DNA of 64,000 nucleotides from Pseudomonadota bacterium (GCA_022574295.1 JACZSJ010000001.1:786-64785), one strand, 5' to 3'. Positions 1 through 10,920 are shown, counted from the first letter of the stretch. A program made the numbers and translations. The notes: generated by a model from the sequence alone, not told the origin.

Positions 1-493
1 TACACGATACCTTCTCACAGAGGTGGCGAGCTCGGGCACAGCAAGATCTATTGCAGCAAGATTGCCCGCATTTTTGCCTTTGGCTGGTAAAACAGGAACA
101 ACGAATGATTTGAGAGACAGCTGGTTTGCTGGCTTTGGGGATGATGTTCTCGGGGTGATTTGGGTTGGACGTGATGATAATCAATCATCACGGTTGACAG
201 GTTCAAGCGGTGCTTTACAAGTCTGGATAGATATCATGCAGGATCTGAAACCACGACCATTATCATTGATAACACCTGAAGGCGTTGAATGGGCTAAAAC
301 GTTACAGGGAAAGCGTGTGCCAGATAATTGTCCGGGGGCAGTCACCTACCCATTTGTGCAGGAGTACCTACCTGAATATTCAGGAACATGTCAGAATGAT
401 CCTGTTCAAAACAATCGTATTCATGATATTAAAACAGAAAGAAAAGATGCAAAGAATGAAACTACCATACGTCGGCATTTCAATATTCATTAA
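1..493 (+). CDS. mrcB: Penicillin-binding protein 1B, C-terminal part (5' end lies outside the window)
   Basis: The translation contains the transpeptidase KTGTTND motif and resembles the PBP1B C-terminus (KTGTT..WFAG..VGRD). The reading frame is open to position 1. Confidence 0.65.
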   Translation, partial: TRYLLTEVASSGTARSIAARLPAFLPLAGKTGTTNDLRDSWFAGFGDDVLGVIWVGRDDNQSSRLTGSSGALQVWIDIMQDLKPRPLSLITPEGVEWAKTLQGKRVPDNCPGAVTYPFVQEYLPEYSGTCQNDPVQNNRIHDIKTERKDAKNETTIRRHFNIH

Positions 494-1034
494 TCTGCTT
501 TTTTCTGCGTGTACGACAACGTCTGAACAGAATTACAAAACAGTGCCTGTAGAAGATCGAACGGTTACTGAGTCAACATATCAACGGGCAACATCTGGTA
601 GCAGAGCAATCTCGAAAGCTGAAACAGCGGATGAATCTCATCTTTCAGATATTGAGCGTGAGCATGTTGATTACAGGGAATCTGTTCCTGAACAATCTAC
701 CAGCCCTGTTGCGCTGGTATTTATTAATGATGCTGACAAATACGCATCTGCTGGCGATAGTGGCCGTGCGGTTGCAAGTCTGGAAAGAGGGCTTGATATT
801 GAACCAAAGAACCCCTGGTTGTGGAACAGACTCGCAGCAGAACGTCTGAAACAAAAAATGTGGGTGAAAGCGATCACCCTGGCTAAAAAATCAAACGCAT
901 TCACTGCAGGTAACAATCAATTACTGAAAGTTAATTGGCTAATTATTGCTGAAGCTAGATTGGCATTAGGCGATGCAGCTGGTGCCATGAAAGCGCAAGA
1001 AATGGCCCGGCGTTTTAGTCGTGAGAAGACCTGA
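447..1034 (+). CDS. Putative lipoprotein with TPR-like C-terminal helices
   Basis: An internal Met (MQRMKL) is followed by a signal peptide and a lipobox-like LFSAC. The C-terminal half is helical and Ala/Leu-rich. The 5' end overlaps the mrcB stop. Confidence 0.45.
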   Translation: MQRMKLPYVGISIFINLLFSACTTTSEQNYKTVPVEDRTVTESTYQRATSGSRAISKAETADESHLSDIEREHVDYRESVPEQSTSPVALVFINDADKYASAGDSGRAVASLERGLDIEPKNPWLWNRLAAERLKQKMWVKAITLAKKSNAFTAGNNQLLKVNWLIIAEARLALGDAAGAMKAQEMARRFSREKT

Positions 1035-1123
1035 TTTCATGGCAGGGCGTATACTAAGGTGTGGGCTATTTTTTATTGTAATCTAATAGTTGTGTAACAA
1101 TTTTGTCTGGTTGACGGTTTGAT

Positions 1124-1714
1124 TCAAATTTCATTCTCGTGAATTTCAACTGCCTTGTATCGCCATGCTTCGGTCAGCTTTTCCTGCGGTGGTATCTGGG
1201 CCTTTGCTTTTAGTTGTGAAAGAAATTGTTCAGCATCAGGCAGTGAATCCCACACCGCAGGCAAAAAGGTCGCACGCCGATGACCGGATTGAATGATCAA
1301 GCCATCAATATTGGCATTTAGTTGTTGAATCAGGTCGGAGTCCGAATTGAACTGAATTGATTCTGCCGGTGTCAAAATTGAAATACTCAGTGTTATCTTC
1401 TCGAACTCATCATGGCTGAGCGGTTTAAATCTTGGATCGCGGAAGGCAGCAGCGTAAGCATGCTTGGCAACGCCTCTGACCAAAGGATGTTTGGCTTCAA
1501 GGGTGCCAATACAGCCACGTAATGACTGCGCAATTTTCAATGTGACAAAAGTCGCTCTGATATTTTGCAATTCAGAAGCATAGCTTTTCAGGTTTATTTT
1601 TATCGTCTTGCCTGATTGTAGGCCATGCTGGATACTTGAGCGCGCGGTAGAGACCAGTATCTGTTTCTGCTCTTGTGTATACATCATAGTGATATTGTGT
1701 GGTTCCTGATTCAA
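1124..1714 (-). CDS. AmmeMemoRadiSam system protein A (AMMECR1 domain)
   Basis: 196-aa AMMECR1-family protein lying directly downstream of the MEMO1-like gene and next to the matching radical SAM gene. Confidence 0.75.
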   Translation of the reverse strand: MNQEPHNITMMYTQEQKQILVSTARSSIQHGLQSGKTIKINLKSYASELQNIRATFVTLKIAQSLRGCIGTLEAKHPLVRGVAKHAYAAAFRDPRFKPLSHDEFEKITLSISILTPAESIQFNSDSDLIQQLNANIDGLIIQSGHRRATFLPAVWDSLPDAEQFLSQLKAKAQIPPQEKLTEAWRYKAVEIHENEI

Positions 1715-1774
1715 GCGACGCCAGGAAATTCGATCCTAAACAATGCAACTTTAGACAATTCAACTCTGGTCAAT

Positions 1775-2584
1775 TTAATTAATAGCGTAGGCGCCATAAC
1801 CCACAACCCTGTCTTTGGTCCCTGCAGTATCCCCTGAGTTTCTCAAGTCAAGCATTTTAACTTTCAGATGTTTATTTCTTGCAAGCTGTAATAGACCACG
1901 CATGGGCATACACCCACAAGCCTGTTGCGGTCCGATTGATTCCAGATGTAAATTTTCAATCGCTTTACTGGTAGACAAATCTAGCTGCTGTGCTGTTTCA
2001 TAATCATGGAAATGACTTAGATCAGAACTGATAACGACAAGCGTATTATCATTTCCCCATAAAATTTCCAGAACTTCTTCAACTTCTTCAGGAGAGGCTT
2101 CACCAACGACGATGGGTATTAATTTAAAACGATCAAGCACAAGCTGCAGAAAGGGTAGATGTACTTCAATACTATGTTCCTCTGCGTGTGCTGCATCAAC
2201 CACTGAAACTTGTGACAAGTTTCGTATTGAATCATATGAATCCTGATCAATTTCAATCTTGCCCAAGGGGGTTTCATAATAATCAACAGAACTTAATGCC
2301 AGTCCCTTTAAATACACTCTGTGTGCAGGACCTAACAATACGACACGATTTATTTTTTCCTTTACAGACTGCAAACTAGTGTAAGCTATTGCGGCTATCG
2401 GTCCTGAATAGATCAATCCAGCATGTGGTGCAATAATCGCCTTTGATGGTGGTGGTATTTCCTCAACGTCGTTGAGGAGAGATTCAACCATCAGTTCCAG
2501 TTCAACAGGATTAGCTGGATAGAATTGTCCCGCTACCGCAGCCGGTCTGATGGTGCTTTTTATTTTGTTTTGACTATTATTCAT
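1775..2584 (-). CDS. AmmeMemoRadiSam system protein B (MEMO1 family)
   Basis: MEMO1-type N-terminus (AGQFYPANP, PHAGLIYSG). Start taken at the internal Met (MNNSQ) of the 274-aa ORF. Confidence 0.75.
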   Translation of the reverse strand: MNNSQNKIKSTIRPAAVAGQFYPANPVELELMVESLLNDVEEIPPPSKAIIAPHAGLIYSGPIAAIAYTSLQSVKEKINRVVLLGPAHRVYLKGLALSSVDYYETPLGKIEIDQDSYDSIRNLSQVSVVDAAHAEEHSIEVHLPFLQLVLDRFKLIPIVVGEASPEEVEEVLEILWGNDNTLVVISSDLSHFHDYETAQQLDLSTSKAIENLHLESIGPQQACGCMPMRGLLQLARNKHLKVKMLDLRNSGDTAGTKDRVVGYGAYAIN

Positions 2585-2635
2585 ATATGCGGTGCACAAA
2601 CCGGTGATTAACCATTGTGATAATTATAGGGTGTT

Positions 2636-3739
2636 TTGGAACAGCTTGCAGAAATGGTGACTAAAGTAATGAACTCAGTCGTGAGCACAAAATACTGGCA
2701 TGTCCTTGAAGATGGCCGGGTGCAGTGTGATGTTTGCCCGCGGGCATGTAAATTGAAAGAAGGACAGCAGGGACTTTGTTTCGTACGCGAATGCAGGGAT
2801 CAACAAATTGTTCTGACAACCTATGGTCGCTCAAGTGGATTTTGTATCGACCCCATTGAGAAGAAACCCTTAAACCATTTTCTACCGGGTACGCCGGTGC
2901 TTTCATTTGGCACCGCTGGATGCAATTTAGCCTGTAAATTTTGCCAGAACTGGGATATTAGCAAGTCCCGTGAAATTGACACTTTGGCTGATGCTGCATC
3001 ACCGGAACAACTGGCAAATGCAGCAAGTCAATTAAACTGTCGCAGTATTGCATTTACCTACAATGACCCGGTGATTTTTCATGAATATGCCATTGATGTT
3101 GCGCAGGCCTGTCATGAAAAAAATATAAAAACGGTTGCAGTTTCTGCTGGTTACGTTTGCGAAGAACCGAGAGAAGAATTTTATCAGTATATGGATGCAG
3201 CCAACATCGATCTGAAGGCCTTTACTGAACGTTTTTATCATCGTGTAACCGGTAGTCACCTTGCTCCTGTATTGGAGACACTGTCGTACCTTAAACATGA
3301 AACCGACGTCTGGTTTGAAATAACTAATTTAGTTATTCCTGGAGAAAATGATTCGGTGAATGAATTTGAAGAAATGACACAATGGATTATGGATAATCTT
3401 GGTCCTGATGTACCCATTCACTTTACCGCCTTCCATCCGGACTGGAAAATGCTAGACAAACCCGCAACGAGACCAGAAATATTGATCAAAGCCCGTGAAA
3501 TTGCACTAAAGAATGGAATACACTATGCGTATACAGGGAATGTGCATCATGAAGCGGGAGATACCAGTTTTTGTCACCAGTGTGGTGAAAAATTAATTGT
3601 TAGAGATTGGTATGAACTGAAATATTGGAATTTATCCGCGAAAGGAGAATGTCTAGCTTGTGGTGAACCATGTGCTGGTGTCTTTGAGGAAACTCCCGGC
3701 ACCTGGGGAGCAAAAAGGCAGCCTGTTCGTCTCGCTTAG
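2636..3739 (+). CDS. AmmeMemoRadiSam system radical SAM enzyme
   Basis: Carries the radical SAM CX3CX2C motif (CNLACKFCQNW) and the N-terminal KYWH..DGRVQCDVCPRAC motif typical of this family. It is divergent from the A/B genes. The start could also be 2654 or 2669. Confidence 0.8.
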   Translation: MEQLAEMVTKVMNSVVSTKYWHVLEDGRVQCDVCPRACKLKEGQQGLCFVRECRDQQIVLTTYGRSSGFCIDPIEKKPLNHFLPGTPVLSFGTAGCNLACKFCQNWDISKSREIDTLADAASPEQLANAASQLNCRSIAFTYNDPVIFHEYAIDVAQACHEKNIKTVAVSAGYVCEEPREEFYQYMDAANIDLKAFTERFYHRVTGSHLAPVLETLSYLKHETDVWFEITNLVIPGENDSVNEFEEMTQWIMDNLGPDVPIHFTAFHPDWKMLDKPATRPEILIKAREIALKNGIHYAYTGNVHHEAGDTSFCHQCGEKLIVRDWYELKYWNLSAKGECLACGEPCAGVFEETPGTWGAKRQPVRLA

Positions 3740-3789
3740 TTCATTATCTTGATTAAGTTTAAAGGTGGCTGTAACATGCGCCCCCTTAG

Positions 3790-3866
<77 letters not shown>

Positions 3867-4088
3867 AATGAAATGAGTTAGGGAATTTGGTAATTCGCCC
3901 TGGCGCGGAGCGCATGTCGGACTCGGTTGTTTAATAACAGGCGAAGGTCGTAGGTTCAAATCCTACCCCCGCTACCAAATGAAATGAGTTAGGAAATATG
4001 GTAATTAGGCCTGGCGCGGAGCGTATATCGGGCTCGGTTATATAATAACTGGCAAAGGATACAGGTTTAAAACCTGTCTCCGTTGCCA
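3867..4088 (+). repeat. Two decayed tandem pseudo-copies (period ~111 bp) of the preceding tRNA-Met gene
   Basis: Copy 2 (about 3903-3976) keeps an intact 3' half (CGAAGGTCGTAGGTTCAAATCCTACCCCCGCTACCA) but has a degenerate D-arm and anticodon arm. Copy 3 (about 4012-4088) is further degraded (T-arm ACAGGTTTAAAACCTGT, 3' end CCGTTGCCA). All three copies share the spacer AAATGAAATGAGTTAGG.AAT.TGGTAATT. Confidence 0.7.
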
Positions 4089-4233
4089 AAGTTTCTGAAG
4101 GGCTCCATTAGGGGCCTTTTTTACAGGCTTTCCAGAATTATTTGTCGGATGGTTTAGAAACTGGTGGTTTTAAGATGAGCGGCTATACTGCGCGTAGATT
4201 ATTTTGAATTTTAGAAGTGGGCCTTGTGCCCAT

Positions 4234-4430
4234 TTTTTATGTACAGGATGTACGGTATGCCGCGGGTGCATGGATGCACAGGAGCGGCGATGTACATAGG
4301 AGAACCTCTAATTAAGTCAGAGGTTCCATAGAAGTACGGTATGCCGCGGCCGCATGAACATCTTACAGGAAGTATTATTGTCACGAGAGGACGGGAGTTC
4401 GTAGCGACTGCACATGAGTGGCGGTTTGTA
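4234..4430 (+). repeat. Intergenic repeat element, copy A (upstream of rimP)
   Basis: Shares two modules with 17894-18062: TTTTTATGTACAGGATGTACGG, and GTATGCCGCGG.TGCATG.A...CAGGAAGTATTA.TGTC.CGAGAGGAC.GGAGT.CGTAGCGACTGCA...GAG.GGCGG. It has its own internal hairpin (GAACCTCT..AGAGGTTC) and begins right after a short terminator-like hairpin (4219-4240). Confidence 0.7.
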
Positions 4431-4434
4431 ATAA

Positions 4435-4890
4435 ATGCATAGTCAAAATAGTGATCTTATTGAGTTGTTAGAACCCGTTGTGACGGCACTGGGTTACGAA
4501 ATGCTTGGTATTGAGTATTTCAAACAAAAGGATGGTTCATTACTAAGGTTGTATATAGACCATGAGTCTGGAATCACGTTGCATGACTGTACAAAGGTGA
4601 ATCATCAGGTGATTGGTGTGCTTGACGTTCACGATCCCATTAAAGAGAGGTATCACCTGGAAATTTCATCACCAGGTTTGGATAGGCCTTTGTTTACGCT
4701 AGAACAGTTCGAGCGTTATCTGGGTCAGGAAGTGAAGATGAAGTTTCGGGAGAAACTTGATGGACGTCGAAAGATTAAAGGCGTAATCAAGGCAGTAGAA
4801 GAGAAAGCAGTAGTCATCAGTGAGGATGGTGTTGATTATTTAATCCCTGCTGATGTGATTGATTTGGCACATTTGGTACCAAAAATATAA
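4435..4890 (+). CDS. rimP: Ribosome maturation factor RimP
   Basis: 151 aa with RimP-like sequence (LEISSPGLDRPL) and the conserved position upstream of nusA. Confidence 0.85.
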   Translation: MHSQNSDLIELLEPVVTALGYEMLGIEYFKQKDGSLLRLYIDHESGITLHDCTKVNHQVIGVLDVHDPIKERYHLEISSPGLDRPLFTLEQFERYLGQEVKMKFREKLDGRRKIKGVIKAVEEKAVVISEDGVDYLIPADVIDLAHLVPKI

Positions 4891-4946
4891 TGTTACGGAT
4901 AATTAATTTGTTCTGAAAGTAGTGTGTTGAGAGTAATCATAGATTT

Positions 4947-6482
4947 ATGAATAAAGAGATTTTAACGGTGGTTGATGTTGTTTCCAGTGAGAAAGGCGTC
5001 AGCAAAGATATCATCTTCGAGGCAATCGAAGCTGCATTGGCGATGGCGACCAAAAAACGTAATCGTGAGGATATTGAATCACGTGTCGCGATTGACCGTG
5101 AAACAGGCAGCTATGAAACATTTCGTTGTTGGGAAGTCATGGAGACGACAGATGAAGATCTCGAATTCCCAGGTAGACAAATAAAGCTTAAAGATGCTTT
5201 GGAAGATCACCCCGACATTGAGCCTGGTCAGTTTGTTGAAGAACCGATGGATTCCGTCGAATTTGGTCGAATTGCAGCGCAAATAGCAAAGCAGGTCATC
5301 GTACAGAAAGTACGAGAAGCTGAAAGAATTCAAGTGGTGGAGGCTTATGCAGATCGTGTAGGTGAGATGCTGAGCGGTGTTGTGAAGCGGGTTGAAAGAG
5401 GCAATGTATATCTGGATCTGGGTAGAAATGCCGAGGGTTTTATTGCGCGTGATTGTTTGATACCCAGGGAAGCAGTAAGACCAGGAGATCGTATTCGTGC
5501 CTACTTGCAGGAAGTTCGTTCCGAAACACGTGGGCCACAATTGTTTTTGAGCCGTACGGCACCTGAGTTGTTGATTGAATTATTCAAACTTGAAGTCCCT
5601 GAAGTCAATGAAGGCATGATTGAAATTATCAATGGTGCCCGGGATCCCGGCGCAAGAGCAAAGATAGCGGTCAAGGCAAATGACCCTCGGATAGATCCCA
5701 TTGGTGCTTGTGTTGGTATGCGTGGTTCCCGCGTGCAGGCAGTCTCTAACGAACTTGGCGGCGAACGTATTGACATTATACTGTGGGATGAAAACCCCGC
5801 ACAATTTGTTATTAATGCCATGGCACCAGCGGAAGTTGCTTCAATTCTGGTAGATGAAGATGCGCATAGCATGGATATCGCAGTAGAAGAAGATAATCTG
5901 TCACAGGCAATCGGCCGTGGGGGACAAAATATACGACTCGCCAGTGAGTTATCAGAGTGGGTGCTCAATGTTATGTCTGTGGAACAGGCAGAAGAGAAAG
6001 CCGAAGAGGAATCTCAGACCTTACAAAAGATGTTTATGGAACAGTTGGACATTGATGAAGAGATGGCCCTTATTCTGGTACAGGAAGGTTTTTCTAGTGT
6101 TGAAGAAATCGCCTATGTTCCAGAAGAGGAAATGCTTAATATTGAAGAATTCGATGATGACCTGGTGCAGGAACTACGTGGACGTGCGCGAGATGTCATG
6201 TTAACTCGAGCAATTGTTAGCGAGGAAAAATTAGTTGATGCACATCCAGCAGAGGATCTGTTGCAAATGGATGGTATGGAAGATGCGCTTGCTTATGAGT
6301 TGGCAGCAATAGGCGTTTCTACCATGGAAGATCTGGCGGATCTTTCAGTGGATGAATTAATGGAAATCGAGGGAATGGAAAATGAACGAGCAGGCAAATT
6401 AATTATGACCGCCAGAATTCCCTGGTTCGAATCTGAAACAGAGGCTGAAGCTGGAGTCGACGGAGGGTCAACAGATGCCTGA
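4947..6482 (+). CDS. nusA: Transcription termination/antitermination factor NusA
   Basis: 511 aa with S1/KH domains and an acidic C-terminal repeat region. rimP-nusA-infB synteny. Confidence 0.9.
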   Translation: MNKEILTVVDVVSSEKGVSKDIIFEAIEAALAMATKKRNREDIESRVAIDRETGSYETFRCWEVMETTDEDLEFPGRQIKLKDALEDHPDIEPGQFVEEPMDSVEFGRIAAQIAKQVIVQKVREAERIQVVEAYADRVGEMLSGVVKRVERGNVYLDLGRNAEGFIARDCLIPREAVRPGDRIRAYLQEVRSETRGPQLFLSRTAPELLIELFKLEVPEVNEGMIEIINGARDPGARAKIAVKANDPRIDPIGACVGMRGSRVQAVSNELGGERIDIILWDENPAQFVINAMAPAEVASILVDEDAHSMDIAVEEDNLSQAIGRGGQNIRLASELSEWVLNVMSVEQAEEKAEEESQTLQKMFMEQLDIDEEMALILVQEGFSSVEEIAYVPEEEMLNIEEFDDDLVQELRGRARDVMLTRAIVSEEKLVDAHPAEDLLQMDGMEDALAYELAAIGVSTMEDLADLSVDELMEIEGMENERAGKLIMTARIPWFESETEAEAGVDGGSTDA

Positions 6483-9063
6483 GGTTACGGTCAGTCAATT
6501 TGCAAGCGTTGTCGGTATTGCCGTTGAGCGTTTACAGGAACAGATAGAAGAGTCTGGGTTACCCAAAAAATCTCCGGACGAAATGATTACAGATGAAGAA
6601 AAAAATCATCTGTTGAGTTATTTGCGAGGTAAACATGGAAAGGGATCTGCTGAAACAAAAAAGATTACTTTGAGAAGAAAGACAAGTAGTGAAATTAAAG
6701 TGCCACTTAGCGTACAGGGAAGGAATAAAACAAAATCAAAAATAGTTAATGTTGAGTTTAGAAAGAAACGTACCTACGTTAGACGTAGTGCAATTGAGGA
6801 ATTTACGAAACCAGTAGATGAAGAATTGTCTGCGGAATCGACGAAGGTTGCCGAAGATATTGTTGACAGTGCACAGCTTGTTGAAGAAACAAAGTCAGTT
6901 GATTCGACAAGTACTGAAACAGCAAATGAACATCAGGCAGAGGGGACACCTGTCGATGGGTCTGGAGAGCCCGAAATTAAGTTGGCAGCAGATGGAACGG
7001 CAGTTGCAGAAATTGAAGACAACACCTCTGTCGAAGAGATTGTCAAGGAGCCAGCCGTTGTAGAAACTCCGGTTCAGGAAAAGCCTGATCAGATAACGCC
7101 TGATCAGACAGGGATTGCTCAGGAACAAACCGATAATAAATCTAGAACAGGTAAAAAAGGAAAAGATAAATCAACTCGTTACGGTCGCCAGGAATTGCAC
7201 GTCGCTTCTGAAAAATCAGGACGTCGTAAGAAAAAACCAAGACGTAGGCATAAGGTCATTCCAACGATTGAAACGCAACATGGGTTTGAAAAACCAACAG
7301 AACCCATGATCAGAGAAGTTGATATCCCTGAGAATATTTCAGTGGGCGATCTTGCTCAAAAAATGTCGGTCAAGGCAACTGAAGTCATCAAGATGATGAT
7401 GGGTCTGGGAAGTATGGTCACCATCAATCAAATGCTTGATCAAGCGACAGCTTCTCTTGTTGTGGAAGAGATGGGCCATAAAGCTAAATTACTGAGTGAA
7501 ACTGCGCTGGAAGACGAAATTGTCTATGCAGCGAAAAAGACTGGCGAGCAGGTCTTGCGCGCACCTGTCGTGACGATTATGGGTCACGTTGACCATGGTA
7601 AAACTTCACTGCTTGATTATATTCGCAAGACGAAAGTCGCCGAGAGTGAAGCAGGTGGAATTACCCAACATATCGGTGCTTATGTGGTAGAGACAGACAA
7701 AGGAAAAATAACATTTCTGGACACACCGGGACATGCTGCGTTTACGGCAATGCGCGCGCGTGGTGCCAAGGTTACAGACATCGTCATCGTCGTGGTTGCC
7801 GCTGATGATGGTGTGATGCCACAAACAGAAGAAGCCGTACAACATGCCAAGGCCGCTAATGTGCCCATTATTGTTGCTGTCAATAAAATTGATAAAGCCG
7901 AGGCAGATCCTGAGCGAGTCAAACAGGCATTATCTAAACTGGAGGTTATCCCGGAAGATTGGGGAGGTGATACCCAATTTGTGAATGTTTCTGCACAGAC
8001 TGGTGAGGGGATTAATACTTTACTTGAAAATATTTCCCTGCAGGCCGAGTTGCTTGAACTTAAAGCATCAGAAGAAGGTCCAGCCACGGGGACGGTGATT
8101 GAGGCACGTCTGGACAAAGGGCGTGGACCCGTGGCAACGATATTGGTGCAAAGTGGTGCTCTTGAGAAAGGTGATATTGTTCTGAGTGGTAGAGAATATG
8201 GCCGCGTCCGGGCAATGGTTGATAGCAATGGCGATGAAGTTACGTCATCTGTAGGGCCATCTACACCCATTGAGGTACTTGGTTTATCTGGCATACCCAA
8301 TGCCGGGGACGAAATGATCGTTGTCCCTGATGAGAAAAAGGCACGTGAGATCGCTGATCTCAGACAAACCAAGAGCCGTGAATCCAAGTTGGCAAAACAG
8401 CAAGCGGTTAAATTACAGAACGCCATGAACCGGATGAGTGAGGGTGATATCTCGACACTCAATATCATGATCAAGGCCGATGTCCAGGGATCATCTGAAG
8501 CCATCGTAGAGGCGGTCACCAAACTGTCGAACGAGGAAGTCAGGGTTGGTGTGGTTAGCAGTGGAGTTGGTGGTATTACAGAAACTGATATGAATCTGGC
8601 ACTGGCATCAAAAGCAGTCGTCATCGGTTTTAATGTTCGTGCAGATGCATCTGCACGTAAGCTTGCAGATGAAGAAGGCATTGAAATTCGTTATTACAGC
8701 ATTATTTACGATCTAATCGATGATGTGAAAGCAGCCATGAGCGGCATGCTTGCGCCTGAACTGCGTGAACAAATTGTTGGTGTTGCAGAAGTGAAAGACG
8801 TATTCCGGTCACCAAAATTTGGTGACATTGCCGGTTGTATTGTTTCCACAGGTGTTGTTAAAAGGAATAATCCGATTCGCGTCTTGCGGGATAATGTCGT
8901 TATTTACGAAGGGGAACTCGAATCACTCAGACGATTCAAGGATGATGTTAATGAAGTGAAGTCAGGCATAGAATGCGGAATTGGTGTGAAAAATTATGAC
9001 AATATCCAGCCTGGTGATCAAATTGAGGTGTTTGAGCGAATCGAAATTGCACGCACGATTTAA
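6475..9063 (+). CDS. infB: Translation initiation factor IF-2
   Basis: 862 aa with GTPase motifs ([18 protein letters not shown]). Its start overlaps the nusA stop by 8 nt. Confidence 0.95.
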   Translation: MPEVTVSQFASVVGIAVERLQEQIEESGLPKKSPDEMITDEEKNHLLSYLRGKHGKGSAETKKITLRRKTSSEIKVPLSVQGRNKTKSKIVNVEFRKKRTYVRRSAIEEFTKPVDEELSAESTKVAEDIVDSAQLVEETKSVDSTSTETANEHQAEGTPVDGSGEPEIKLAADGTAVAEIEDNTSVEEIVKEPAVVETPVQEKPDQITPDQTGIAQEQTDNKSRTGKKGKDKSTRYGRQELHVASEKSGRRKKKPRRRHKVIPTIETQHGFEKPTEPMIREVDIPENISVGDLAQKMSVKATEVIKMMMGLGSMVTINQMLDQATASLVVEEMGHKAKLLSETALEDEIVYAAKKTGEQVLRAPVVTIMGHVDHGKTSLLDYIRKTKVAESEAGGITQHIGAYVVETDKGKITFLDTPGHAAFTAMRARGAKVTDIVIVVVAADDGVMPQTEEAVQHAKAANVPIIVAVNKIDKAEADPERVKQALSKLEVIPEDWGGDTQFVNVSAQTGEGINTLLENISLQAELLELKASEEGPATGTVIEARLDKGRGPVATILVQSGALEKGDIVLSGREYGRVRAMVDSNGDEVTSSVGPSTPIEVLGLSGIPNAGDEMIVVPDEKKAREIADLRQTKSRESKLAKQQAVKLQNAMNRMSEGDISTLNIMIKADVQGSSEAIVEAVTKLSNEEVRVGVVSSGVGGITETDMNLALASKAVVIGFNVRADASARKLADEEGIEIRYYSIIYDLIDDVKAAMSGMLAPELREQIVGVAEVKDVFRSPKFGDIAGCIVSTGVVKRNNPIRVLRDNVVIYEGELESLRRFKDDVNEVKSGIECGIGVKNYDNIQPGDQIEVFERIEIARTI

Positions 9064-9092
9064 TTTTAATAAGCTGAGCAGTTCGATCGAAA

Positions 9093-9500
9093 ATGACCAG
9101 AGAATTTAGCCGCAGTCAGCGAGTAGGTGACCAACTACAAAAGGAGTTGGCCTCAATCATACGGGCGCCTGTGCAGGATGCCGGGTTGGGGCTGGTGACA
9201 ATTTCTGCTGTCAATTTAAGTACAGATTTGGCTTATGCGAAGATTTTTGTTACATGCCTGGGGAAGGGCCATCCAGAAAGTGACCCTCTGGAAAATAACA
9301 GGGATGATGCATCGGATAGAGCAGAAGTTCTGGCCATGTTGAATGGGCATGCTGTTCAATTTCGCCATCAATTATCCAAAATATTCACCACGCGCACTGT
9401 TCCCAAACTGCAATTTATATTTGACGAAAGCCTGGAGCGTGCAAATAAACTGACCAGTTTGATAGATTCCTTGCATTCAGAAGAGATTGATAGCCACTAA
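9093..9500 (+). CDS. rbfA: Ribosome-binding factor A
   Basis: 135-aa RbfA-like protein in the conserved position after infB. Confidence 0.85.
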   Translation: MTREFSRSQRVGDQLQKELASIIRAPVQDAGLGLVTISAVNLSTDLAYAKIFVTCLGKGHPESDPLENNRDDASDRAEVLAMLNGHAVQFRHQLSKIFTTRTVPKLQFIFDESLERANKLTSLIDSLHSEEIDSH

Positions 9501-9518
9501 GCCAGTTGGACTGTTCGA

Positions 9519-10466
9519 ATGGGTCGAAGACGAAAAAGAAAGCCGCACGAGCGGGATGTTCACGGTATTCTGCTTTTAGACAAACCCGCCGGCATCACAT
9601 CGAACGATGCCTTGCAAAGAATCAAACGTAGTTACCGAGCTGCCAGGGCGGGGCACACGGGTAGCCTGGACAAACCCGCGACGGGCATACTACCAATATG
9701 TTTGGGTGAAGCGACAAAATTTTCTAGTTACCTTCTTAATGCCGATAAAACCTATGTTACAGTCGCGAAACTGGGTGTCGTCACCAATACCGCAGATGCC
9801 GAAGGTGAAATACTGGAAACACGTTCTGTGCCCGATTTCAATCAACAGAATTTAGAACAGATTTTGGCGCAATTTGTCGGAAACATAGAACAGATTCCAC
9901 CGATGTATTCCGCATTGAAGGTCGATGGGCAAAGGCTTTATAAACTCGCTTATCAGGGAGTAGAGGTTACGCGTCAACCCAGACCTGTGTCGATACATCA
10001 GATTGATTTGCTACATTTCGATCAGGATTCATTTGAAATTCGGGTGCGCTGTTCAAAAGGTACTTATATACGAACCTTAATCGAAGATATAGGTAATGTT
10101 TTAGGCTGTGGAGCCCACGTCAGTACACTTCGTCGTTTGTCGACCGGGCCATTTACCGAAGAGCAGATGGTCACCATGGAGACTGTGGAAAAACAGATGG
10201 AGCTAGATGATAATGCATTGGATGGTCTGCTCATGCCAGTCGACAGTGCTTTGGATCATTTACCTCAGACAGAGCTAAGCGAGGATGATACATATCATCT
10301 TTGTCTAGGTCAGGCAGTGTTGGTGCCCTACGCGCTAACAGAAAAACCAGGGGAAGGACTGGTTCGGATTTATGACCAAAATCATGTTTTTATCGGAATT
10401 GGCACCATCATGGATAACGGACGAATTGCACCGAAAAGATTGCTGAAAACCGGTAACACAGCATAA
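9519..10466 (+). CDS. truB: tRNA pseudouridine(55) synthase TruB
   Basis: 315 aa with the TruB motifs (LLLDKPAGITS, HTGSLD). Synteny. Confidence 0.9.
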   Translation: MGRRRKRKPHERDVHGILLLDKPAGITSNDALQRIKRSYRAARAGHTGSLDKPATGILPICLGEATKFSSYLLNADKTYVTVAKLGVVTNTADAEGEILETRSVPDFNQQNLEQILAQFVGNIEQIPPMYSALKVDGQRLYKLAYQGVEVTRQPRPVSIHQIDLLHFDQDSFEIRVRCSKGTYIRTLIEDIGNVLGCGAHVSTLRRLSTGPFTEEQMVTMETVEKQMELDDNALDGLLMPVDSALDHLPQTELSEDDTYHLCLGQAVLVPYALTEKPGEGLVRIYDQNHVFIGIGTIMDNGRIAPKRLLKTGNTA

Positions 10467-10562
10467 CTATTTGATAATTAATGATAAATAGTTGTCTTCG
10501 GATCCAGGGTGGTGGTCAGAATCAGGTCGTTCAAAATAATCATGGCATCTTGTGAATTGCGC

Positions 10563-10591
10563 TTGTTCATGCATCAGAGCGCGGTTACAAT
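10563..10591 (+). promoter_or_regulatory. Candidate sigma70 promoter for rpsO
   Basis: -35 TTGTTC (10563-10568), a 17-nt spacer, and -10 TACAAT (10586-10591), about 45 nt upstream of the rpsO ATG. Confidence 0.35.
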
Positions 10592-10636
10592 ACGCGCCTC
10601 ATTTAGACCGAGATTATTTCAGGAGCACGGTTAAGC

Positions 10637-10906
10637 ATGGCATTAAACACTCAGCATAAGGCTGACATTGTAAAAGAACATCAACGTTCGGAAAGCGATA
10701 CAGGTTCTCCGGAAGTGCAAGTTGCATTGTTAACGGCAAATATCTTAGAGCTGTCTGATCATTTCAAGACACACAAAAAAGATCACCATTCCCGCCAGGG
10801 CTTATTAAGAATGGTGAATCAGCGCCGTAAACTTTTAGACTACCTGAGAGGCAAGGATGTGAGCCGTTACCGTGATCTAATCACTAATCTTGGTTTGCGT
10901 AAATAA
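10637..10906 (+). CDS. rpsO: 30S ribosomal protein S15
   Basis: 89-aa S15 in the conserved position upstream of pnp. Confidence 0.9.
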   Translation: MALNTQHKADIVKEHQRSESDTGSPEVQVALLTANILELSDHFKTHKKDHHSRQGLLRMVNQRRKLLDYLRGKDVSRYRDLITNLGLRK

Positions 10907-10920
10907 GATAAATAAACGGG

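Noticed and set aside
285-1034. Full 249-aa ORF as one protein
   Set aside because: Its first 54 codons lie inside the mrcB coding region in a different frame. The plausible gene starts at the internal Met that precedes the lipoprotein signal peptide (447).
3867-4440. CRISPR array
   Set aside because: The repeats here (period about 111 bp, decayed tRNA copies, and the mosaic element) do not have the short regular repeat-spacer architecture of CRISPR, and no cas genes are nearby.
5501-5968. 155-aa minus-strand ORF inside nusA
   Set aside because: It is antisense to a highly conserved gene, has no RBS and a biased composition, so it is spurious.
7680-8681. 333-aa ORF on the minus strand
   Set aside because: It lies entirely antisense within infB, has Ala/Ser/Thr-rich low-complexity translation and no start context. 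It is a typical antisense frame artefact.
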